Of a DNA stretch of 64,000 bases, positions 56,893 to 64,000 are shown piece after piece (the stretch's first letter is position 1; every line of letters starts with the position of its first letter). This DNA comes from a virus, in the IMG/VR virus record IMGVR_UViG_3300020201_000009, positions 1 to 64,000 of that record; one strand, given 5' to 3'. The notes beneath the pieces are model-generated. The model was not told the DNA's origin. It saw only the letters and a list, made by a program, of their open reading frames with translations, and searched no databases. The translations under genes and the position numbers were made by a program.

Positions 56893-58245
56893 AGGGCGAG
56901 GCTTGTAATACATAAAGTCCCAATTACTTGGAACTTAACGGTTTATATACGTTTGGCTTGTTGACAGAAGCCTGCCCGTCGAGTCCCGTAACCGCTAGGT
57001 CACTGAACGAAACAGGGAGTTTGGAACGACCGGCTATATTGATCGCCGCATTTACATCTGCGTCCAATACAGTTCCGTCCTTGCAGTAGTATCTACTGCC
57101 TTTTCTTTGACCATCCATCAATCCGGTTCTTGAGTCAATTTGACTCGTAAACCGAGGATTGATTAGCCTAACCGTTTTCCCGTATATGGGTGCCTTGTAT
57201 GTCAAAATTCTTTTGAGTTCCGCAAACGGAACTTGGCCGATCTTATTGTTGTTAGACCGACTCATCTTTTTCTTTTTCGTCTTGGCGTTCTTCAATCCCG
57301 TCAGGTCTTCCAATACCAGCGTATTTCCTTTTGTGTTTCTAATCAGCAGATTAGCTAGGACATGAGACTGATTTCTGTTCTTGTTCGCCTCTTTATGCCG
57401 AATCTTAAACAAGTGGCGTTTTGCCGACTTGGTTCCCTTTGCTTGCAGTTGTCTTTTCAGAAACCTTAACTTTCTTTTGTCCTTATTGAACTTCTTGTCG
57501 ATATAAATTTGTCCTTCGGAAGTAGCGATGGCCCGATTTACTCCGAGATCAATACCGGTCGCCAATTTATTTAATGGTTCGGGCTTGACGTTTACTTCAA
57601 ACGTAAAGGCTATCCAAATCTTGTCGTTCCGAAAGAAAAGCAAAGGGTCGCAGAATTCATACTCGGCCAACAAACCGTCCAATTTCGCGTAACGCTTGAA
57701 GTCTACAGTCACTCTTTTCTCTAACGAAGTCAGCAGTATTTTTCCCTTCTTGTAGGTGTAAATGCGCTTATCCAAGCGCATCGAAAGATTCTTCTTGTTG
57801 ATCGGACCTACAATTCTGTGTTTATTGCTTTTGACAGAGCGATACGAAGACAGACATTCAGCCTGCGCTCTTATCACTATTTGCGATGGAATTCCCGGAT
57901 TTTTGTCGCGAAATTGCCGGTAAAACTTAGCGTGAAGCTCAATCACGGAGTTTTTTCTCTTACTTCCGTCGCCATAGTGTATGACACTGGCCTCGTTAAA
58001 AGCCGACCGTTCGGCCTTTAAAACGGCAAGGATTTTTTCAAAGTCCGCTTGACTTTGAAACAAAACCTCCGTATTGTATGTTAAGTGAGTCACTTCACTG
58101 AAATATACACGCATTCTTCAACTCTTTTATACAAAAATCTTTCAATCTGTGATAAATAACTTATCTTGCTATTCCGCGAATACCGCCAAACCGGCGAGGC
58201 TTCCTCCCGGTCCTAAAGGACCGGGTTTCCGCCCCATCCCCTGAG
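56874..58245 (-). mobile_element. Non-autonomous IS200/IS605-family (IS1341-type, tnpB-only) element, 1372 bp
   Basis: Right end ...GCCTCGCCCTTTAGGGCGGGGTAGTTGAC; left-end hairpin CCCGGTCCTTTAGGACCGGG; removing the element restores ATT-AAA-TGA overlapping the next ATG. Confidence 0.85.
56924..58114 (-). CDS. tnpB: TnpB RNA-guided endonuclease
   Basis: RuvC-I GIDLG, RuvC-II LVLEDL, RuvC-III DADVNAAINI; YKA...INPRFTSQ. Confidence 0.9.
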   Translation of the reverse strand: MRVYFSEVTHLTYNTEVLFQSQADFEKILAVLKAERSAFNEASVIHYGDGSKRKNSVIELHAKFYRQFRDKNPGIPSQIVIRAQAECLSSYRSVKSNKHRIVGPINKKNLSMRLDKRIYTYKKGKILLTSLEKRVTVDFKRYAKLDGLLAEYEFCDPLLFFRNDKIWIAFTFEVNVKPEPLNKLATGIDLGVNRAIATSEGQIYIDKKFNKDKRKLRFLKRQLQAKGTKSAKRHLFKIRHKEANKNRNQSHVLANLLIRNTKGNTLVLEDLTGLKNAKTKKKKMSRSNNNKIGQVPFAELKRILTYKAPIYGKTVRLINPRFTSQIDSRTGLMDGQRKGSRYYCKDGTVLDADVNAAINIAGRSKLPVSFSDLAVTGLDGQASVNKPNVYKPLSSK

Positions 58246-58665
58246 ATGAAAATTTTTCTAGTATACATTAAGGATTGGCCGGAAGATACTTATCGTGTCA
58301 TTTCCGTTTATACGTATAAAAAAGACGCCGAAGAACAAGCTAGGCAACTTCAGGCAAGAGTAAAAGAGGTTGAATTAAATCCTCCCCATAGACTCCCAGT
58401 GGGCTACATTCTATGGGAGATTCATGCAGAAAAAGAAGGTGATATTACATATCTAAGACCAATTGACATTGAATATTGTAAAGATCTACCCGAAGTTGGA
58501 GTCCAATATCCAAAATATGGCATTGGAAATGAAGACTATGTTGGTTATGCAATCTACACCAAACTATGCAAGACGGCGGAAGATGCGAAAAGAGAGTGTC
58601 TAATCGACAGAGAAACAGCGATATCTAGGGGAGAATTCCCATACGACGGACAACCGCAAAAATAA
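58246..58665 (+). CDS. Hypothetical protein
   Basis: MKIFLVY...VISVYTYKKDAEE N-terminal motif common in small phage proteins. Confidence 0.6.
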   Translation: MKIFLVYIKDWPEDTYRVISVYTYKKDAEEQARQLQARVKEVELNPPHRLPVGYILWEIHAEKEGDITYLRPIDIEYCKDLPEVGVQYPKYGIGNEDYVGYAIYTKLCKTAEDAKRECLIDRETAISRGEFPYDGQPQK

Positions 58666-58668
58666 TTT

Positions 58669-59454
58669 ATGCAAATACCCATTACAATCTGTTTATTTAC
58701 AACCACAAAAGGTCATTGGGGTACTAAAGATCGCTACAAGGAAACGATTAATTGGTTGGACAACAAAATTCCCTTACGTTATTTTTCGGGTCTAGTGGCA
58801 AATATAAAAGTTTCCCCCGAAGACGAGGGAACGCCGCACCATGTAGAGATGTTGAGGTTTTTGACTTCGAAAGGGTTTTCAATCCATCAGGATATTTATT
58901 CTTGGGCTCATGGTGCAGAATCTCACCAGAAGGGTTACATAAACGATATGCGGAAAGTATATAACAATCCTAAGGTTTTAAAAACGCCCTATGTACTTCA
59001 CCTTGAAGACGATTGGAAAATTAATTCTTTAGACGGCGAATTAATCGATTGGATTCGTATAGCGTTGAGTGTTCTAGATGAAGACCCGGAAATTTTACAA
59101 GTTCGCTTTGCTAGATTTTCCGACGAATATGATAGAATTCTAGGTTTGAAAGCCAAACATAATATTGACGGGAAGGTTAAGATTTTGACCGATAATATTT
59201 TTGCTTCCAACGACCTTAGCTTAAACCCGTCTATCTTTAGAGGGAGGGATTTAAAGAACGCTTTGATTCTTTATCTTCGTAACCTTCCAAATCTTCCCTT
59301 ACATGTTGAAATGGGTTTTTCAATTGCTCTTAAATACTTTAGTGAGAGCGCCACCCCCTTTGCGGTATTAAATCCTGAAAAAGTAAAGGCCGCTCATATT
59401 GGTAGCCCCCTTGGGGGCGAGGACGACCCTTTAATACTTAAGAAAGCCGATTAA
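58669..59454 (+). CDS. Glycosyltransferase-like protein (GT-A)
   Basis: ITICLFTT, TPYVLHLEDDW, LSLNPSIFR, HIG. Confidence 0.65.
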   Translation: MQIPITICLFTTTKGHWGTKDRYKETINWLDNKIPLRYFSGLVANIKVSPEDEGTPHHVEMLRFLTSKGFSIHQDIYSWAHGAESHQKGYINDMRKVYNNPKVLKTPYVLHLEDDWKINSLDGELIDWIRIALSVLDEDPEILQVRFARFSDEYDRILGLKAKHNIDGKVKILTDNIFASNDLSLNPSIFRGRDLKNALILYLRNLPNLPLHVEMGFSIALKYFSESATPFAVLNPEKVKAAHIGSPLGGEDDPLILKKAD

Positions 59455-59473
59455 TGGCACCGATGGGACAGCC

Positions 59474-59506
59474 AAAAGAAACCCGGTTGTTACGCCGGGT
59501 TTTTTT
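59474..59506. terminator. Bidirectional intrinsic terminator between convergent genes
   Basis: AAAAGAAACCCGG-TTGTTACG-CCGGGTTTTTTT. Confidence 0.75.
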
Positions 59507-59524
59507 ATTGTTTTTAAGTGTCGA

Positions 59525-60502
59525 TTATTCGGTATCTATAGAATCTTCGCCGCGACTTTCGAAATACTGGATAATCTCCTTTCTTAAACGCCAATTCCTT
59601 TCTGTCAATGTATATAAACCAGTGACATCTTTCTTAAGGTCTAATTCTGGGTTAAATTGATTTTCAACTAAGATTGACCATCTATCTCTATACCCCCTAT
59701 TAGCTTTCTTTCCGTGCCAATGATGGGTTATCAAACCCGGTAAGTAACCGATATTTCTATGAATATAATGACGGCAACGAACTTGCCAAATTTTTAAATA
59801 TTTAATATAAACTGGGTGGACTTTTGGATGAACACTAAATTGCACTTTATCTACTAACGCATAACACATATGACGATCTGCACTACCTAACACTGCCCAA
59901 TCTATTAATCCGCCCACCTTTTCTAAAGCGTCTCTACGTGCCGCCCAACAATAACCGGGATGCCAAGAACCAGCCGCATATTTTTTGTAGTCCCACTCCA
60001 TTTTCATATTATCATACCACGCTTTACAAAAACTCATTTGTGGTTTTTTATCAATCGGCTCTCCATTTGGACCCAAATCTTGCGCATGTGACCATGGCTG
60101 AATAAAGTCATGCAATTGTAACTTTTGTACGGTTTCTTCCGCCCAATCAGGTCTTTGAAAAACAATATCGGCGTCGCACCAGCAAATATATCTAGCTTCC
60201 TTTGGAAGACGTTGAATCATAAGATTTAAGAGATTTTCTTTTGACCAAATCACATTTCCCTTACGATCCTCGCCGCCAGTTCGAATTTGTAAATGGAAAG
60301 GATTATCAGAATTAGTAATAACAAAAGATCTTTCTCCATAAGCAAGTTCTACTGTCCAAAGTATAGCCCCCGCATCTTTAATTCTTTTAGCAAATTCTGC
60401 ATATAGCTCATAACGAGAGTTATAGTTAATAGGATTACTTATTGCAGTAACCACATGAAGCTTGTTTGCCCATCCTTCTAATCCATCAAATAGCGTTTTC
60501 AT
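59525..60502 (-). CDS. Glycosyltransferase-like protein (GT-A), lone antisense gene with late-type promoter
   Basis: WSKENLLN...YICWCDADIVF (DxD), GSAD, HHWHG; GTGTA at 60530-60526. Confidence 0.65.
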   Translation of the reverse strand: MKTLFDGLEGWANKLHVVTAISNPINYNSRYELYAEFAKRIKDAGAILWTVELAYGERSFVITNSDNPFHLQIRTGGEDRKGNVIWSKENLLNLMIQRLPKEARYICWCDADIVFQRPDWAEETVQKLQLHDFIQPWSHAQDLGPNGEPIDKKPQMSFCKAWYDNMKMEWDYKKYAAGSWHPGYCWAARRDALEKVGGLIDWAVLGSADRHMCYALVDKVQFSVHPKVHPVYIKYLKIWQVRCRHYIHRNIGYLPGLITHHWHGKKANRGYRDRWSILVENQFNPELDLKKDVTGLYTLTERNWRLRKEIIQYFESRGEDSIDTE

Positions 60503-60548
60503 AGTTTCTTCTCTTTACCTTAGATTACACCTAAAATCCAAATAAAAA

Positions 60549-60580
60549 TGTTGACTTTCTTCCCGTATTTCGCATTATAT
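60549..60580 (+). promoter_or_regulatory. Sigma70-type promoter
   Basis: tgTTGACTtt followed by CATTATAT upstream of ATG 60598. Confidence 0.5.
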
Positions 60581-60597
60581 TAAATATTAACTAAAAA

Positions 60598-61101
60598 ATG
60601 GCAGATATAAACAAAGACGAGCTAAAAAACTTACAAAAAGTTTTCATGGAAAGTACCGAAATCGATAAACTTTTTGACGAGTACAATGATGCACCAGATA
60701 CGATTATTTATAAAAATAACCCACATAAGTCTGGCAAACTTCTCTTAGAGGTTGATGCATCATATGCTTATGATTTTTTATCTATTTACGAAGTTAAAGA
60801 GGCGATGCATTCTACCGATAAACAAGCCGCCTTAAATTCAGATATGACCGAAGAGTTTTTAATTAGACAGTTAGGAAAAAATTTTCATGATCTTATAGTA
60901 GAATCAGATGAATATCAAAACCTTCTAGAGATTAACTTAGAATTATACCGTTTGGTTGATATGGTTAAAACCGAACCTCACCTTGGTAAAGAGGTGGATA
61001 TGGCGGTATTTAAGAGAAGGCTTTCTAAAATAGCTTTACAAGAAAAATTCTTTCCAAACACAAAGATTTCAGAGCAAAAATTCGGTTACGAAAAAGTTTA
61101 A
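60598..61101 (+). CDS. Hypothetical helical protein
   Basis: 167-aa ORF heading an operon of sugar-modification genes. Confidence 0.55.
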   Translation: MADINKDELKNLQKVFMESTEIDKLFDEYNDAPDTIIYKNNPHKSGKLLLEVDASYAYDFLSIYEVKEAMHSTDKQAALNSDMTEEFLIRQLGKNFHDLIVESDEYQNLLEINLELYRLVDMVKTEPHLGKEVDMAVFKRRLSKIALQEKFFPNTKISEQKFGYEKV

Positions 61102-61340
61102 TGGCGAAAAGTCTTGAGTTTTGTCTCATTCTAGAGACAATCGACGAAGGGTCAAAAAATAATTATTGGACGGAATTCTCGAATCTATACCGAGAGGGCC
61201 AATGGGAAGTCGTTTCTTTTTATGGTGTAAAAGCAAAAGCCAAATTAGTACACGACACAAAACCAACAGTGTTTATTAAAATATCCGATGATTTTCTATT
61301 TTTTAAAATAATAAATGGCGTTAAACAATTCGTGGCCTAA
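61101..61340 (+). CDS. Small hypothetical protein
   Basis: TAATG coupling to the upstream gene. Confidence 0.45.
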   Translation: MAKSLEFCLILETIDEGSKNNYWTEFSNLYREGQWEVVSFYGVKAKAKLVHDTKPTVFIKISDDFLFFKIINGVKQFVA

Positions 61341-62535
61341 ATTTAATTGGCCTTTAGGTATTTCCACAATGACGTGGAAAGACAAGTTAAAAATTAGTAA
61401 ATTTCTATTTACAGAGCCCCAATGGACAGCGGGTAAGTGGGTTGAATACTACGAGAATCTTTGGAAGGAAAGTACGAAGGCTCCATATGTAGTAATGACT
61501 TCGAGTGGTTCTTCAGCGAATCAATTAATTGCCCTTCGCCGGAAATGGGAGTTGAAACACTCGAACGAGAAGCACGGCAATAAAGTCCTTTTCCCGGTAG
61601 TCAACTGGATTAGCTCAGTTTCCCCCTTTGTACATGCGGGTTTTGATCCCGTTTTTGTTGATGTAGGACACAATCTTTGCGCAACGGTATCTGATATTGA
61701 AGATAAACTAATTTCCGATCCTCAGATTAAAACAGTTTTTTACACAACCCTTTTGGGTTTTGCATGTAATCTCGCTCATTTACAGAGAGTCTGTTTAAAA
61801 CATGGGGTCAAACTTTTACTCGATAACTGTGAATCGTCTTTTTCATATTTTGATGCAGGGGGGTCTACGTCTACATACTTTAAATCTTTTAATAATTTTG
61901 TCACTTGTTCGACTAGTATTTATATTTCCCATTTTACTAGCGGTGGCAATGAGGGGGGGTTAATATTCTGCCAAAATGAAGAAGAATATGAGTGGTACAA
62001 GATGGCCCGTAACCATGGCATGACTAGAAATATGCCTAAAAAATACCATAATCTAGATGCGAATGAAATGTTCGACTTCTATCTTATGGGGACAAATACG
62101 CGATCTTCAAATCTTCTGGCCTATATGGCTTCTTTGGATTTTGAGAGATCATCCAAGTTTTCTTGCGAACAAAGGAAAAATATAGAAATAGCATTTTCTT
62201 ACGCTCTAGATCATAACAAATACGATATGCCACATTATTACAATGAGCAATCGTCGAAATATTCGCCACTTGCTATTCCAATTATTAAAAATAAAAAATG
62301 CAAGGATGAATCTTTAATCGCAAAAGTGCAGTTTTTTTTAAAAGTTTGCGATGTTGCATATCGTCCAATTGTTGGCGGAAATCTTTTACGGCACACAGCT
62401 TTTAAAGAGTATGGAAACGCACGGTATTTTCCCAATGCTGAGTGGATTCATAACCAAGGTTTATATATTGGTCTCCATCAAGGCGTAACAATTAAAATGG
62501 CGGAAAATCTAGCAAACCGCCTATCAGCATTATAA
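61315..62535 (+). CDS. DegT/DnrJ/EryC1-family PLP enzyme, ColD/E1-like sugar dehydratase
   Basis: SSGSSAN, PVFVDV, LLDNCES, SIYISHFTSGGNEGG (His at the Schiff-base Lys position), RNHG, RPIVGGNLLRH. Confidence 0.8.
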   Translation: MALNNSWPKFNWPLGISTMTWKDKLKISKFLFTEPQWTAGKWVEYYENLWKESTKAPYVVMTSSGSSANQLIALRRKWELKHSNEKHGNKVLFPVVNWISSVSPFVHAGFDPVFVDVGHNLCATVSDIEDKLISDPQIKTVFYTTLLGFACNLAHLQRVCLKHGVKLLLDNCESSFSYFDAGGSTSTYFKSFNNFVTCSTSIYISHFTSGGNEGGLIFCQNEEEYEWYKMARNHGMTRNMPKKYHNLDANEMFDFYLMGTNTRSSNLLAYMASLDFERSSKFSCEQRKNIEIAFSYALDHNKYDMPHYYNEQSSKYSPLAIPIIKNKKCKDESLIAKVQFFLKVCDVAYRPIVGGNLLRHTAFKEYGNARYFPNAEWIHNQGLYIGLHQGVTIKMAENLANRLSAL

Positions 62536-62536
62536 G

Positions 62537-63532
62537 ATGAAAATTGCTTATATTGATTTGGGGGTAAACCGCCCAAGAGAAAGTTATGCCTTAAATCCTA
62601 AAAGATACGGCGGCGGGGCTTGTTTTGCCAGATATGCAAAAATCGAATTAAACACATCGAATGATCTCTTCGATATCCACGCCCCTATTGAATCTTTTAA
62701 TGAATTGGGTGAAGACGAAGGTAGGAGTGGCTGCTTTGGGCTAACTGAAGCAGAAATGTCGGCGATGAGAAATGGCGAAAATATTAGAGGGTATATCAAA
62801 GATGCTGAAAAATATGATATATTTGTATATCATCACGATTGTCTCGCAATTAATGCTTCCGGGTTAAGTGGAAAATTAGTGTCGTGGTCTTTAATGGGAG
62901 ATAACGGGGCGCAACACCCTTCCACTCCGTATGTATTACTTTATCGACCCGGCGAGCAGGCAAGATACGGAAAAGGTTTTCCGGTCACTATTGGTAAATT
63001 TGTTCCGAGTTGTTTTACTTATCCTTCTCTGAAAACAGAAAGTTTGTTCCAATGCTCTAGACACGATGTCCATATGAACACAATAGAGGTTGCTAAATTT
63101 TGTTTAGCTAACAAAAATATTAGCGGCATTTTCGCGGGTCCCATCCTTGATAACTATCCACTAATAGATTATATTAATAATAAGGATACCGTTTATCTTG
63201 GGTTGATTTCCGAAATAGATAAATTAGATTATTGTAAACAGGCCATCGCCACGACATATCTTCATACATGGGATACGGCCTTTAACCTCAGTGCAATCGA
63301 ATCTTTATCTGTCGGCACACCAATCATTGCAGCAAAGCGAGGTTGTTTTGAATATATCATTGAGGAGGGTGTAAATGGATATTTTTGGCAATCTGGAGAC
63401 GATCTTTCTGCTTTGGTTGAAAAATGCAAGAGACTAGACCCTTTGAAGGTCTGGGAAACAGCGCATAGATTTTCTCATAAGGCTATGGTTCGTAGTTTTC
63501 ACAAAGCATTCCAAGAAATTTTATCATTATGA
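62537..63532 (+). CDS. Glycosyltransferase, GT4-like
   Basis: YGGG, YLGLISEIDK, WDTAFNLSAIESLSVGTPIIA...IIEEGVNGY. Confidence 0.8.
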   Translation: MKIAYIDLGVNRPRESYALNPKRYGGGACFARYAKIELNTSNDLFDIHAPIESFNELGEDEGRSGCFGLTEAEMSAMRNGENIRGYIKDAEKYDIFVYHHDCLAINASGLSGKLVSWSLMGDNGAQHPSTPYVLLYRPGEQARYGKGFPVTIGKFVPSCFTYPSLKTESLFQCSRHDVHMNTIEVAKFCLANKNISGIFAGPILDNYPLIDYINNKDTVYLGLISEIDKLDYCKQAIATTYLHTWDTAFNLSAIESLSVGTPIIAAKRGCFEYIIEEGVNGYFWQSGDDLSALVEKCKRLDPLKVWETAHRFSHKAMVRSFHKAFQEILSL

Positions 63533-64000
63533 AAACACAAGAATACCAGAAGTTTAGCATGAAAATTGAACATATTACAGTTTGTGTTAACTATCTGGAT
63601 TTCTTAAGGGTAGCCTATTTACATAATACGCTGGCCGAAGCTTTTGATCACTATATTGTAGTCTCTGACTATAAAGATAAGGCAACCGAAGATTTTTGCA
63701 AACAACACTCAATTACGTTAGTAAGGACAAATCATTTTTATGATCGAGGGGCTGTTTTTAACAAGGGTCTCGCGATTAACGAGGGTTTTAAAGTATTAAA
63801 ATATAGGGATTGGGTGTGCCATATGGATGCCGATACATTTGTTCATAGGAATTTTAGGAAAGATATTGAATTATATCCATTAAACAAAGATTGGTTCTAC
63901 GGAACAGAAAGGGTACTATTAAAAACACCACAAGATCTTTTTTTATATCGTCGCGGAATAGCCGATGAAAGTTTTGAGATCCCGGAAGGGTTCGGTTATG
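63529..64000 (+). CDS. Glycosyltransferase-like protein (GT-A), truncated by the window end; not in the ORF track
   Basis: ATGA overlap with the previous stop; reads MKTQEYQKFSMKIEHITVCVNYLDFL...FNKGLAINEG...WVCHMDAD. Confidence 0.7.
   Translation, partial: MKTQEYQKFSMKIEHITVCVNYLDFLRVAYLHNTLAEAFDHYIVVSDYKDKATEDFCKQHSITLVRTNHFYDRGAVFNKGLAINEGFKVLKYRDWVCHMDADTFVHRNFRKDIELYPLNKDWFYGTERVLLKTPQDLFLYRRGIADESFEIPEGFGY

Noticed and set aside
59454-59660. 68-aa plus-strand ORF
   Set aside because: Runs through a terminator hairpin and lies antisense to a well-supported gene
363-62799. Numerous short ORFs antisense or out of frame within long genes (e.g. 10178-10582, 28604-28948, 43003-43521)
   Set aside because: Shadow ORFs from codon bias and low-complexity coiled-coil sequence; no start signals or motifs
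1-64000. Stop-codon reassignment, tRNA/rRNA genes, integrase or att sites
   Set aside because: Long ORFs tile the window densely under the standard code; no tRNA cloverleaf, rRNA or integrase motif was recognised by eye

Overview
A 64 kb segment of a large, AT-rich tailed dsDNA phage genome (siphovirus-like, lambda-type tail tip). No cellular housekeeping genes, rRNA, tRNA or CRISPR array are evident. Positions 166-17693 (+ strand) are the packaging and head operon: a sigma-like factor, an ERCC4/XPF nuclease, an intein-split large terminase, portal, protease/scaffold, decoration protein, major capsid protein, a free-standing LAGLIDADG endonuclease, and some tail-like genes. Positions 17759-42283 (- strand) are the tail and neck module: LamG and accessory tail proteins, gpJ/I/K/L/M-like tip proteins, a 2841-aa tape measure, chaperones and tail-tube paralogs. 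Positions 42395-52109 (-) hold DNA-metabolism, sigma and glycosyltransferase genes. A 1.4 kb non-coding divergence region follows. From 53508 to the end there is a glycosyltransferase/nucleotide-sugar cluster interrupted by a TnpB-only IS200/IS605 element. The most interesting signals are: (1) a ~608-nt, promoter-driven, highly base-paired non-coding RNA candidate at 52750-53357; (2) a probable ADP-ribosyltransferase domain embedded in the tape measure between repeated (F/A)AxG(F/Y)xP motifs; (3) strong S-G/T-G dipeptide enrichment in exposed virion proteins, absent from the major capsid protein, alongside about 10 glycosyltransferases, suggesting a sequon-directed virion glycosylation system; (4) a phage-specific GTGTA late-promoter motif that also reveals a nested scaffold gene. 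All calls come from reading motifs and synteny by eye; no database searches were run.
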